Origin: Eubacteriales bacterium
GTDB lineage: Bacteria; Bacillota; Clostridia; Oscillospirales; UBA644
Direction: 5' to 3'
Length of the DNA: 54,853 nt
NCBI GenBank assembly: GCA_045542755.1
Contig: JAZQLP010000096.1
Coordinates: forward strand, 1 to 54,853
Numbering within the stretch: position 1 is the stretch's first letter; each line of letters opens with the position of its first letter. The position numbers and the translations under genes are program-made. Under the pieces are notes generated by a model. That model was given only the letters and a program-made list of their open reading frames with translations. It was not told the DNA's origin and made no database searches. This document shows positions 32,380 through 41,738 of this stretch, in pieces.

Positions 32380-34527
32380 ATGGCAGGTATCTTTTTAAAG
32401 CTTTTTAATATGAGCGTTACCGCCTGTTGGATAGTTCTGGCGGTTATTGCCTTCAGATTTTTGTTCAGAAAGGCTCCCAAGTGGATAAACTGTGTCCTTT
32501 GGGGAGTCGTAGGGCTGAGATTGGTATTACCTTTTTCTTTTAAGAGTATTTTAAGCCTTATTCCAAGCACACAAACGATTACGCCCAATCCCGAATCAGT
32601 CGGACGCCCTTTTACCGTTAACACGGGGATTGGAGTACTAAACAGCAACATAAACGAATATATTGGAAGCCATTATTATGAAGGCGTGACCCGACCTGCA
32701 GATAATTTTGTAAATACCCTTGATATAGTATCAAAAATATGGATAATCGGTATGGTGTGCCTTGCTGTATACGGTGTGGTTTCTTATGTACGGCTCGCTT
32801 TAAAGGTTCGTCCTTCGTTAAATAAGGAAGATAAGGTATATTATTGCGACAATATAGACTCTCCCTTTATTTTGGGGCTGATAAAACCGAAAATCTATCT
32901 CCCTACCTACGTATCCGACGAGCAGGCCGCATATGTAATTGCACATGAAAAGGCACATCTTAAAAGAAAAGACCACTGGTGGAAACCCTTAGGATTCGTT
33001 TTGCTTGCCGTCTACTGGTTTAATCCCGTTATGTGGCTGGCCTATATTCTGCTTTGCAGGGATATAGAGCAGGCCTGCGACGAAAAGGTCATAAAGAGTA
33101 TGGACTGCGAGGATAAAAAAGGCTATTCCCGCGCCCTCGTGGCCTGCAGCGTGAAGAGATTCTCCATAGCCGCCTGTCCTCTTGCTTTCGGGGAGGTTGC
33201 GGTGAAGGACAGAATAAAATCAGTACTGAATTACAAAAAGCCGGCCTTTTGGATAATTATTGTTGCCTTATTGGTAGGCGTTGGGGTAGCGGTATGCTTT
33301 TTGACAGACCCGAAGGATAAGGATGATCCCGACACTTCCGGGATAGTAGGCGAAAACGGGATTTATAACATTCTATCCGGCACAGATTGTGATTTGATAG
33401 AGTTTGATTTTCTTTCAGGCAGTACGAAGGGCTTAGATCCGTATATAGAGGTTAAGTGGACGAACAACTCTTCCCAACATCTTTGTTTTGGCAGAGAGTT
33501 TACTCTATATAAGGACGGAGCGGTCGTTGAACCGGAGGTGCCCTTCGTGTGGACTCTGGAGCTTTTGATGGTAATGCCCGACTTCAGCTTTACCGAAACG
33601 TATAAGCTTACCTGTTTTTCTATTCCCGAAGGAGAATACAGAATAGAGAAGGAGTTTTATTTAGACGGAGATAAGGAAACAAAATATACCGCTTATATCG
33701 ACTTTGCCGTAGACGGGGAATTAAAAACCCCTCTTGTCTATAAGATCATTGATGGCTACTGTCCGGCAGAAGAGGTATATGTACCCGCTGCTATTTCCGC
33801 GACGCTCCCGTTTCCCACGTTTTTATTTTATGACGGTGATGCCTATATTCAGGAAGACGGATTGTTCGGCTATACTTATGCGAAAAGCTTGGGAAAATTG
33901 CAAAAGATAGATATTATCCAAAGCGGATTCATAGACAGGATAGATGAAAGCTGGGATATAAAAGGTATAGCGGCAGAGCTGAAAAATAACAACCTTAACG
34001 CTTACTGCGTGGAAAGTCCCGACACGAACCGTTGCTATTACCTTTTCGAGCAGAAGAACGGTGATGTTTACATGGCCGGAATCGAAATAGACAGCGATGC
34101 CGTGTATGGCATTTTCAAAATGCAAAAATCATACCTTTACCGTGTGGTAATAGGAAGTGATGAAGACGCTTTAGACGCGTCTTCGGAGTTAGCCCACCTG
34201 AAAGAAAGGTTAGAACAATTACAAGAAGAGGTCCACGAAGTTTTTAATCTTTCTACAGACAGAGGCCTTCAGGTATGGGTCAGCTCTTTTGCCGAAGGTA
34301 ATTATAGGTTTTCCGTTACCGACGGAGAAAATAGAACCAAGAATATCATTGAGCTTACGGCTCTTCCGTCATTTTCAGCGGAGGAAATGAAAATTATACT
34401 TTCATCCTATAACCTTCCTTCTTCGGATATCGAAGTTATTCCTTATCAGAATATGTATTCAAGCTATTTATGGTTTGATAAGGAAAACGACGTGGAGATG
34501 CTCAGACAGATGCTTGGATTGGAATGA
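32380..34527 (+). CDS. BlaR1-like M56 zinc metallopeptidase with non-canonical extracellular region
   Basis: TM helices, HEKAH, WFNP, EQACDE, KKPAFW...FLTDP; no penicillin-binding domain recognised. Confidence 0.88.
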   Translation: MAGIFLKLFNMSVTACWIVLAVIAFRFLFRKAPKWINCVLWGVVGLRLVLPFSFKSILSLIPSTQTITPNPESVGRPFTVNTGIGVLNSNINEYIGSHYYEGVTRPADNFVNTLDIVSKIWIIGMVCLAVYGVVSYVRLALKVRPSLNKEDKVYYCDNIDSPFILGLIKPKIYLPTYVSDEQAAYVIAHEKAHLKRKDHWWKPLGFVLLAVYWFNPVMWLAYILLCRDIEQACDEKVIKSMDCEDKKGYSRALVACSVKRFSIAACPLAFGEVAVKDRIKSVLNYKKPAFWIIIVALLVGVGVAVCFLTDPKDKDDPDTSGIVGENGIYNILSGTDCDLIEFDFLSGSTKGLDPYIEVKWTNNSSQHLCFGREFTLYKDGAVVEPEVPFVWTLELLMVMPDFSFTETYKLTCFSIPEGEYRIEKEFYLDGDKETKYTAYIDFAVDGELKTPLVYKIIDGYCPAEEVYVPAAISATLPFPTFLFYDGDAYIQEDGLFGYTYAKSLGKLQKIDIIQSGFIDRIDESWDIKGIAAELKNNNLNAYCVESPDTNRCYYLFEQKNGDVYMAGIEIDSDAVYGIFKMQKSYLYRVVIGSDEDALDASSELAHLKERLEQLQEEVHEVFNLSTDRGLQVWVSSFAEGNYRFSVTDGENRTKNIIELTALPSFSAEEMKIILSSYNLPSSDIEVIPYQNMYSSYLWFDKENDVEMLRQMLGLE

Positions 34528-34546
34528 TTATTTAAAACTAGCGAAT

Positions 34547-34584
34547 AAAAAATGCGGTAACCGTAAAATCGGTTACCGCATTTT
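34547..34584. terminator. Bidirectional terminator
   Basis: AAAATGCGGTAACCG/CGGTTACCGCATTTT. Confidence 0.9.
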
Positions 34585-34592
34585 AAGCTTAA

Positions 34593-35414
34593 TTACTTTT
34601 CAATTACCGTCAAGTGCGACGTGTCGTAGCACACCTTTGCGTGGTTTGTTTTTAAGAGTGTTTCTGATAGAGTATCTCCCGTACGCTTGTCTACTTTCTT
34701 TCGGATAATATCTCCGTTACGGTAAACCACTCCGTTTTCTCTGGAAAAATATTCGTTTTTCGCTGATATATGATAGGTGTGTTCTTGGGGTTTATCTGCT
34801 CTCAATTCACCGCAAAGGTATTCGTCGGTTGTATAGATTATTAACTGATATGTACGGTCGGTATTGTTTATGAATCGGTAGTCAACATAATTGTAATAGA
34901 CCGAGGTTCCCGTTCCAAAGGGAATTTGTCTGTTAAAATCGGGAAACATATCTAACCCGTCGTGGTGGTGATGTTCGGTGATTTCAAGGTCGGAGTGAAG
35001 GATCATCCAATGAATAAGATTGGTAAATTGGCACAGACCTCCGCCCACGCCCTTTCCCGTTTTTCCCATAGCAATAACAAGCCCTTCTTTAAATCCGTGC
35101 TTTTCGTTGCAGTTCCCCACAAGGGTCCAGAAGGAAAACGTTTGTCCCGGTTTTATAAGTATTCCGCTTACTTTCGGCGCAGCCAAGGATAAATTTACAG
35201 CTTTGTTGTCCTGCAACGCCATATCAACGTTTCCAAGACGGCGGCGGATAAGGGAGTTATGTTTATAAACAAGTATGGGGAGTTTGTCTACGGTTTTGGT
35301 TTTAGCAATACTTATTTTTGAAAAGGTATCTTTTATTTTTCGCTGAAGAATACATCTTTTTCTTGATATCCAATATGTTAACGGTGATATCTGACAGAAA
35401 AGTTTACGCCCCAT
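34593..35414 (-). CDS. VanW-family protein
   Basis: NKAVNL, IKPGQTFSFW, GGGLCQFTN, FGTGTSVYYNYVD. True start ATG 35414 (GGGGAGG RBS); ORF-track extension overlaps rplL. Confidence 0.85.
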   Translation of the reverse strand: MGRKLFCQISPLTYWISRKRCILQRKIKDTFSKISIAKTKTVDKLPILVYKHNSLIRRRLGNVDMALQDNKAVNLSLAAPKVSGILIKPGQTFSFWTLVGNCNEKHGFKEGLVIAMGKTGKGVGGGLCQFTNLIHWMILHSDLEITEHHHHDGLDMFPDFNRQIPFGTGTSVYYNYVDYRFINNTDRTYQLIIYTTDEYLCGELRADKPQEHTYHISAKNEYFSRENGVVYRNGDIIRKKVDKRTGDTLSETLLKTNHAKVCYDTSHLTVIEK

Positions 35415-35468
35415 AATTTCCTCCCCATTTGCTGTTTTACGGCAAATTATTCTATTTCCTTTATTTTT

Positions 35469-35497
35469 ATTATAACATATCATTTCTCGGAATGCAA
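35469..35497 (-). promoter_or_regulatory. Sigma-A promoter of vanW-like gene
   Basis: TTGCAT-17-TATAAT with TG. Confidence 0.75.
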
Positions 35498-35521
35498 GGG
35501 GCTTAGACTGTTTTTGTGTGT

Positions 35522-35558
35522 AAAAAGCCAAAGGGCGTTTCCCATATGGGAAACGCCC
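35522..35558 (-). terminator. Terminator after rplL
   Basis: Perfect 26-bp palindrome GGGCGTTTCCCATATGGGAAACGCCC then TTTGGCTTTTT. Confidence 0.8.
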
Positions 35559-35586
35559 GTAAAATCTCAATAATTCTCGGTGAAAA

Positions 35587-35964
35587 TTACTTGATTTCGA
35601 TTTCAGCGCCAGCTTCTTCGAGCTTAGCCTTAAGAGCTTCAGCTTCGTCCTTGGAAACGTTTTCCTTGAGGTTAGCGGGAGCGCCGTCAACGATTTCCTT
35701 GGATTCCTTGAGGCCGAGGCCGCAAGCGTCCTTAACAGCCTTAACAACCTGGAGCTTGTTAGCGCCAGCAGACTTAAGAACTACGGTGAATTCAGTCTGT
35801 TCAGCTTCAGCTGCAGCAGCGGGAGCAGCAGCAACGCCTACTGCTACGGGAGCAGCTGCGGATACGCCGAATTCTTCTTCGAGAGCCTTTACGAGCTCGG
35901 AGAGTTCAAGTACGGTTAAACCTTTAACTTCTTCAATAAGGTTAAGAATCTTTTCACTTGCCAT
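35587..35964 (-). CDS. rplL: 50S ribosomal protein L7/L12
   Basis: [18 protein letters not shown]. Confidence 0.98.
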   Translation of the reverse strand: MASEKILNLIEEVKGLTVLELSELVKALEEEFGVSAAAPVAVGVAAAPAAAAEAEQTEFTVVLKSAGANKLQVVKAVKDACGLGLKESKEIVDGAPANLKENVSKDEAEALKAKLEEAGAEIEIK

Positions 35965-36006
35965 GATAAATTTCCTCCATTAGGTTAAATAATAAAAGTG
36001 TTGTGC

Positions 36007-36543
36007 TTAGGCTTCTGCCTGAGCTTCTTCTGCGGGAGCAGCTTCGCCTTCGTTCTTGGAATCTACTATTGCCTGGATGCAGTAAGCAAGCTTGGTAATA
36101 GGAGAATTGAATCCGTAAAGAACCTGGGAGAGAAGGATTTCCTTGGAAGGAATCTTCGAGAGAGCTTCAACTCCAGCAACGTCGAGAATTTCGCCATCGA
36201 TAAAGCCAGCCTTAATCTTAAGGGCTTCATTTTTCTTGGCGAACTCGCAGAGAACCTTTGCGGGTGCAACAGATTCGCCTTCTGCGACTGCGAGTGCGGT
36301 AGTGCCGTTCAGAACATAGTCGATCGCTTCGAGACCAGCTTCCTTAAGTGCAAGCTTAACGAGAGTGTTCTTAACTACAGCGTAGTTAACGTTGTTCTTA
36401 CGGAGTTCGCGTCTGAGTTCGGTATCAGCTTCAACGGTAAGACCTTCGAAGCTAACGAGAACACCGGCGGAAGTACCCTTAAGACGTTCTGCAAGCTCAC
36501 TTACGACAGCTTTCTTAGCGGTCAGTATTTTCTCACTGGGCAT
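36007..36543 (-). CDS. rplJ: 50S ribosomal protein L10
   Basis: GLTV, VVKNTL, KAG, position before rplL. Confidence 0.96.
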   Translation of the reverse strand: MPSEKILTAKKAVVSELAERLKGTSAGVLVSFEGLTVEADTELRRELRKNNVNYAVVKNTLVKLALKEAGLEAIDYVLNGTTALAVAEGESVAPAKVLCEFAKKNEALKIKAGFIDGEILDVAGVEALSKIPSKEILLSQVLYGFNSPITKLAYCIQAIVDSKNEGEAAPAEEAQAEA

Positions 36544-36597
36544 AATTTCACCTCCAGAATTATTTGGCTACCGTGCTTTTCACGGTATGAGGTGTTA

Positions 36598-36718
36598 CAA
36601 AAACAAAAGCTCTTTTGTTCAAGACAAAAGAGCGTAATAAGGCAGAGATATTATTCAACTCTTCCTCGATAGGCAAAGGAAAACCTTTTTACGCCGAAGC
36701 ACCTATTGTCTTTGGAAC
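36598..36718 (-). ncRNA. L10 ribosomal protein leader with attenuator
   Basis: AAAGACAATAGG...CCTATCGAGG core, then GCTCTTTTGT/ACAAAAGAGC terminator + T-run; 5' CAAAGACAA can pair with TTGTCTTG (antiterminator). Confidence 0.85.
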
Positions 36719-36724
36719 CATTGA

Positions 36725-36753
36725 ATTATATCATAAACACTGAACCCTGTCAA
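36725..36753 (-). promoter_or_regulatory. Sigma-A promoter of rplJL
   Basis: TTGACA-17-TGnTATAAT. Confidence 0.88.
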
Positions 36754-36792
36754 GGGTTTTTTAGTTTTTCTTTATGAACTTATTGTAAAATA

Positions 36793-38322
36793 TTAGATAA
36801 TAAGCATGGTATCTTCCTTTAATACGTATGAATCTATCTCTCCTTCGGCGTTTTTCAGGCCGTTATCAGCCACCATTCTTTTAAGTGGAACGGAGTACTT
36901 TTTCGCTATATCCCACAGACAGTCACCCTTTTGGGCGTAGCAGAGGAGAAGTGAATAGCCGTTATCAGCCTTTTTATCCTCGCCTTTAGTTATGGCAGAG
37001 GCGCAGGTCTTCTTTTCGGAAACGAAAATACTTCCGCTTATTCTGCAGTCGGCGCGGAATTCAAGACTACCACCGTCGGTGACGTAGGCCAGATTTTCCA
37101 CCGCCAGCTCCGCGTCTCCCCAAGCTCTTTCAAGGAGGGGCGCGTTTTCTTTTTTCTCGGATTTTACGGAGAAGGGTACAGCTTTGTTGGAAAATACCAA
37201 TTCTCCCTGACTGTCAAGGGCCGTAAGACAGCAACCGAAAAAGCCGTTAAGGGTAACCGTGCCGTCGTCAGAGGCGTAGATTCCCGCAGAACGGGGCTTA
37301 ACAGAGAGGTCACAGACCTTGCCTCCCTCGGGAATATCAAGCTTTTCCACAAAGGTCAGTCTGTCGTTTTTGTAAATGGCGGTGTCGCAAAGAATTTCCT
37401 TCATATCTGCCGTCAATTCCTTTTTTGGGGAAAAGACGTCGCATATGAGTCGCTTTTTCTCGGTTTTGTAGCCCTGTACGGATATTGTCAGCTCAATATC
37501 GTAGGATAGGGTCTTGCTTTCCCCCGAATCTATCACTTCCACTCTGGTATCCGCAGGACGGAATGAGATAAAGGTCTCGGTGTCCTCCGACATATCGGCA
37601 AGCTCGATTATCTGGGAAACGGGTATCTTCTGTTCAAAGGCCTCCGCCGTCTTTTTGGAGTCGGACCAAAGGACTGTTTTCAGGGTCATTTCGGCCTTTG
37701 CGATAAGCTTTCTGGCCATTTTTTTACTTTCGCCCTTCACAATGCCTATATCGTAGCGGAGAAGTCTGTCGTAGCCCTCCTGCAAGGGAAGCTCGTCGGA
37801 AAGACGGAGATTTTTCTTTCCAAAGCAGGATATGGAGCTTACGGATGTTTCCACAGACTTGATTTCTACGTCCGAGTCCTCTTCAGTAGCCGAGAGAACG
37901 GGGGTCTGGCCCAAAGCAAGTATCTTTTGGGTGAGATATACACCTGCTTTGAGGTGTATTTTTTGGGGGCTTAAGGCTCTGCAGTCAAAATAATCGGCAG
38001 AGGCCACCACGTCGGTAAAGCAGTTTTCGTCCACCCCATCGGCCTGAATATCTGCCGAGTCGGAGAAGGGCACCTTTGCAAAAACGCTGTTGATGCTTCC
38101 GTTTTCCGCCTGATAGATGACTCTGAACTCCACGTTGCCCTCGGAGACCAGCTTTTTGCCGTATACGGCGGCGCTTTTAAGGGTTGCCACGGCTTCGGTG
38201 CCTACTATTCTCATTATGGGTGGGCAGTAGTCGGGAAGTACCGTATCCCCCTCCGCAAAGGCTTCTCTTTTTTCGGAGTAAAGACATTCGGTATAGTTGA
38301 GAAAGTCGTTTTTATAATTCAT
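36793..38322 (-). CDS. SPOCS (DUF3794) repeat + C-terminal LysM protein, SipL-like spore coat morphogenetic protein
   Basis: LPDYCPPIMRI, EGNVEFRVIY, PFS repeats; C-terminal YAQKGDCLWDIAKKY. Confidence 0.8.
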   Translation of the reverse strand: MNYKNDFLNYTECLYSEKREAFAEGDTVLPDYCPPIMRIVGTEAVATLKSAAVYGKKLVSEGNVEFRVIYQAENGSINSVFAKVPFSDSADIQADGVDENCFTDVVASADYFDCRALSPQKIHLKAGVYLTQKILALGQTPVLSATEEDSDVEIKSVETSVSSISCFGKKNLRLSDELPLQEGYDRLLRYDIGIVKGESKKMARKLIAKAEMTLKTVLWSDSKKTAEAFEQKIPVSQIIELADMSEDTETFISFRPADTRVEVIDSGESKTLSYDIELTISVQGYKTEKKRLICDVFSPKKELTADMKEILCDTAIYKNDRLTFVEKLDIPEGGKVCDLSVKPRSAGIYASDDGTVTLNGFFGCCLTALDSQGELVFSNKAVPFSVKSEKKENAPLLERAWGDAELAVENLAYVTDGGSLEFRADCRISGSIFVSEKKTCASAITKGEDKKADNGYSLLLCYAQKGDCLWDIAKKYSVPLKRMVADNGLKNAEGEIDSYVLKEDTMLII

Positions 38323-38405
38323 ACTTCAAGACCTATCCTTTCCGATGGATAATATTTGCTTTCTATAAAAATATTATGATTAGGCCAAGAGATATATGTC
38401 TGCGG

Positions 38406-38434
38406 TTGACTTTTTTTAAGGAATGTGGTATACT
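38406..38434 (+). promoter_or_regulatory. Sigma-A promoter
   Basis: TTGACT-17-TATACT with TGTG. Confidence 0.75.
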
Positions 38435-38468
38435 GTATCTTGTAAATATTACAGAGAGGTACAGTAAA

Positions 38469-40067
38469 ATGGATACCACCGAAAAATTATTGAGAATACC
38501 CGAAAAGGTAGAGAAGGCCACATCCTTTTTCTATCTTTCGGATGCAGATATATGCCCTTGCGAAAAAGGGGATTGGCTGGAGTGGCTTAAGGCCCTTGTA
38601 AAGGCAAAAGAGCCGGATTTTGTGTTCTCCCAAAAGACCATTGAGGGAGATATAGGTTGCCAGGTTATAACTCCCACTGAAAATCCCATTTTCAAGGACT
38701 TGGGCGGCGTACACTACATAATTATGCCCAATGATAAGACCCAGACCGTATGCGATATTGTAAAGGCAGATCTGGAAACAGCTCCCGAAAAGAAGATTTT
38801 CCTTAACGTGGAGCTTAAAGAAGTTGCAAAAGCTCTTGCCTGCGTTTACTCTAAAGAGGGCGGCGATTATGCCGTTGCGTGCGACAACGCTCTGTATATG
38901 AACACCTCTTCCTACGGATGCGTAAGAGAGGTTACCTTTGATAAAAAGGAAAGAGTTTCTTCTTCTCTTTTCTATTTTACGGATAAGAGAGAAGTAGTTT
39001 ATAAAATGAACTGGAAAACCGTTCTTGAAAGCCGAGGCACCGAGGGCAGACCCCTTGTTGACGGCGACTACGTCTATATCCCCACGGCAAACGACGGCTT
39101 TCCCAAGACCTGCGGCGTGTATAAGCTTGACGGCCGCGGCGGTATAGTATGGAAATGCCCCACAGAGAACTCAATTAACTGCGACCTTGGGATAGGCGAA
39201 GACAAGATACTGGCCATCGACTGCGAGGGCAGGGTATATTATATAAATAAGGAAGACGGAGGAATAATCAATCAGACCCGTCTTACCTTTGAGGGAAGAT
39301 ATACCCGTACTGCTCTGACTTCCCGTCTTGGAGTGGCATACGTTACCGTTAACGGAAAGATTTTTGCCATTGATATAAATAAGGAGTCTATCCTTTGGGA
39401 AAATTCCGAATTTGAGGGCGGTCACTTGAAATGCCCCGACGTTGTGGAAAAGCTTCTCCTTTCGGGCAACGAAAATGGCATTTTCGCCCTTTGCAGAAAG
39501 ACAGGGGAAAAGGTTTGGGAGAATAAGGAAGTCGTTTCTTCCCGCAGAGGTGCCCGTTCCCTTCCTATTATAAATAACAGATTCATTCTTGCTTCGGGAG
39601 ATACCGTTTATCTCCTTTCTGCCGAAAATGGCGAGATCCTCGGCGGTAAAAAGGTAGAAGGTCTTTGCTTTGACCTTCCTTCACAGCCTCTTCTTCGCGG
39701 CGGACTCCTTTATATAGCCGCAAAGGGCAAGGGTATTGCCGTTATAGACCTGTCCGACCTTATTAAGGCGGAAGAAAAGAGTGAAATATCCGTAGCCGAA
39801 CCTGTTGATTTTTATATGGCAGAAGAAGGCAGAAGTATTGTTGGCGATATACTCTACATTGACGGATACCTTACATTTACCACCAAAGAGGGCTTTATGA
39901 ATATGGTTCATCTTGAAACCAAAGATGTGAGAAAGGATCTCAACACCCTATCGGGAATTGAGTCCTCTCCCTCATATGTTCGTTTACGCAAACCAGGAAG
40001 AACCAACCTTGAAGCCTTTGTCGTAACCTCAAGCCTTTGCGGAAAAGTATTTGGAAACAGATTATAA
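38469..40067 (+). CDS. PQQ-like (BamB-type) beta-propeller protein
   Basis: Repeats PLVDGDYVYI, GGIVWK, GRVYYIN..DG, IFAID..ILWE, IFAL..TGEKVWE; GAGAGG RBS. Confidence 0.7.
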   Translation: MDTTEKLLRIPEKVEKATSFFYLSDADICPCEKGDWLEWLKALVKAKEPDFVFSQKTIEGDIGCQVITPTENPIFKDLGGVHYIIMPNDKTQTVCDIVKADLETAPEKKIFLNVELKEVAKALACVYSKEGGDYAVACDNALYMNTSSYGCVREVTFDKKERVSSSLFYFTDKREVVYKMNWKTVLESRGTEGRPLVDGDYVYIPTANDGFPKTCGVYKLDGRGGIVWKCPTENSINCDLGIGEDKILAIDCEGRVYYINKEDGGIINQTRLTFEGRYTRTALTSRLGVAYVTVNGKIFAIDINKESILWENSEFEGGHLKCPDVVEKLLLSGNENGIFALCRKTGEKVWENKEVVSSRRGARSLPIINNRFILASGDTVYLLSAENGEILGGKKVEGLCFDLPSQPLLRGGLLYIAAKGKGIAVIDLSDLIKAEEKSEISVAEPVDFYMAEEGRSIVGDILYIDGYLTFTTKEGFMNMVHLETKDVRKDLNTLSGIESSPSYVRLRKPGRTNLEAFVVTSSLCGKVFGNRL

Positions 40068-40101
40068 AAATAGCCGCCGCCCAAAAGGGCGGCGGTGTTT
40101 T
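40066..40101. terminator. Bidirectional terminator
   Basis: CCGCCGCCC-AAAA-GGGCGGCGG flanked by A/T runs. Confidence 0.85.
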
Positions 40102-40114
40102 GCTAATATTCGGT

Positions 40115-40726
40115 TTATTCTTTTGTGAGTACTTTCTTCTGCCAGGACCACTTGCCACATTCGGGGCATTTCATGTATCTGGTTCTGCCCATGTGCATAG
40201 CCCACACAACGCTGCTATAGGAGGGCACGTATCTGTGCTTACACTTTGCACAAACGTAGTAGCCTGCCACTTGCTCTATTCTGAGGGCGAAGAATATTCC
40301 TATCATGCCTATAATAACGCCTGCGGCAATAAAAGCTATCCTCATCCAATCTGCCATATTGAAAAATGAAGCAACAAAGGTAAATCCAACGAGGATTATT
40401 ACAGAGAATACCCCTATGAGTATTTCAAGCTCCAGCATTTTTTTATCGGAATCTTGTTTTTGTTTTGCAAGCTCGAGAATTAACTTTTCGGACTTTTCGT
40501 TGTAATTTTCCATAGTTATTATTTCCCCGTTAAACAAATCGTTGACGGTGATTTTGAGAACGTTGCAGAGGGGGAGTATTATTGAGGAGTCGGGCATTGA
40601 TTTTCCGTTCTCCCATTTTGATACGGCTCTGTCGGTAACGTTGAGCATCTCTGCCAACTGCATTTGGGTCAAGTTATTCTTTTTTCTTTGCTCGGCAATG
40701 AATCTGCCAATTTTTATCTGATCCAT
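40115..40726 (-). CDS. XRE HTH regulator with two TM helices and C-terminal zinc ribbon
   Basis: LTQMQLAEMLNVTDRAVSKWENG, two hydrophobic helices, CAKC...CPEC; AGGAGG RBS. Confidence 0.85.
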   Translation of the reverse strand: MDQIKIGRFIAEQRKKNNLTQMQLAEMLNVTDRAVSKWENGKSMPDSSIILPLCNVLKITVNDLFNGEIITMENYNEKSEKLILELAKQKQDSDKKMLELEILIGVFSVIILVGFTFVASFFNMADWMRIAFIAAGVIIGMIGIFFALRIEQVAGYYVCAKCKHRYVPSYSSVVWAMHMGRTRYMKCPECGKWSWQKKVLTKE

Positions 40727-40748
40727 AACGGGGCCTCCTTTCGGTATA

Positions 40749-40862
40749 ATTATATACCTTTTTGCCACTCAAGTCCACGTACCGTAGGTTGAGTTTCGGA
40801 ATATCAACCGTAAGTAGAGTTTCCATTAGTTATATTATAACACAAAATCCGCAGAATGACAA
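40749..40862 (-). promoter_or_regulatory. Tandem sigma-A promoters with two operator-like repeats
   Basis: P1 TTGTCA (40862)-17-TATAAT (40839-40834); P2 TGGACT (40777)-17-TATAAT (40754-40749); repeats 40778-40792 and 40804-40818. Confidence 0.6.
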
Positions 40863-40881
40863 GCATTCCGCGGATTTTTTT
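40844..40881 (-). terminator. Terminator of rnpB
   Basis: AATCCGCGGAATG/CATTCTGCGGATT stem then T-rich tail. Confidence 0.75.
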
Positions 40882-40893
40882 GTTTGTAAATAT

Positions 40894-41271
40894 CTGCAGC
40901 ACCGTAAGCCGAGTTCTGTACCCGCAAAAGCGGGTGACGATCATCTATCTCGAACAGCCGTTACCGACTGCCTCATCGCCCGCAGGACGGGCAGTAGCTG
41001 CTTTCGGGTATATGACGAACACATTGGGATTTGACTCCCGACCCTTTCGCATTGCGCCGGATAGGGTTTACACTGACGGGAATACTTACGCATCCCCCGG
41101 TCGGCTCTTACCCGACCTTTTCACCTTTGCCCCGAGGGGCCGTTATTTTCTGTTGCACTTTCCCTGAAGTTGCCTTCGGCGGACGTTATCCGTTATCCTT
41201 GTTCGTTGGCGCTCGGACTTTCCTCAGACTCCCGTATTGCTACGGTTACCCGCGACCGTCTGTTGCTGCAG
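40894..41271 (-). ncRNA. rnpB: RNase P RNA (type A-like)
   Basis: GAGGAAAGTCC (CR-I), AGTGCAACAGAAA, GGTGAAA, AGATAGATGA, ACAGAACTCGGCTTA (CR-V); terminal CTGCAGCA/TGCTGCAG P1. Confidence 0.95.
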
Positions 41272-41384
41272 AGGTCATTGCGTATTAGTTAGCAAGGCTG
41301 TACAATATTTTATACAGCGGGGACGTTTGCGGTTTTAGGAACTAAAAGCGCAAACTCCCAAAGAAAAATCCATCGGATTTTTCT

Positions 41385-41690
41385 TTAGTCACCCCAGCGA
41401 TGATTAGGATTGAAGTCCTTTTTCTTGGGGGGATTGTATTTGCCCTGTCTGATAAGTCTTTCGATCTTCTTACCTCTGAAGAAACCGATAAGGTTGGGAA
41501 GGGTACAAACGATACCGAAAACGCCGATAATAGCGCCAAGGGTGCAGAAGAGACCTGCACTTGCGGGAACCCATACAAGACCTATAAAGAGAAAGAATGC
41601 ACAAAGGCCGAGGGATACGGAAAGAACGGTAACGGTGCTCTGTTTTAAAGGCTCACCGGGTTTAAGTTCTTTTTGCTGTTTTTCTGCCAT
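41385..41690 (-). CDS. Small membrane protein (2 TM), unknown function
   Basis: Two hydrophobic segments, GGAGG RBS, directly after purH. Confidence 0.65.
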   Translation of the reverse strand: MAEKQQKELKPGEPLKQSTVTVLSVSLGLCAFFLFIGLVWVPASAGLFCTLGAIIGVFGIVCTLPNLIGFFRGKKIERLIRQGKYNPPKKKDFNPNHRWGD

Positions 41691-41738
41691 GATAAATTTA
41701 CCTCCAAATGTTATGTATATAATAGGTATATTGAAAAC

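Noticed and set aside
35415-35747. N-terminal extension of the 384-aa VanW ORF
   Set aside because: Overlaps rplL out of frame and crosses its terminator; a separate promoter and RBS define ATG 35414.
40762-41288. Short plus-strand ORFs
   Set aside because: They lie antisense to RNase P RNA.
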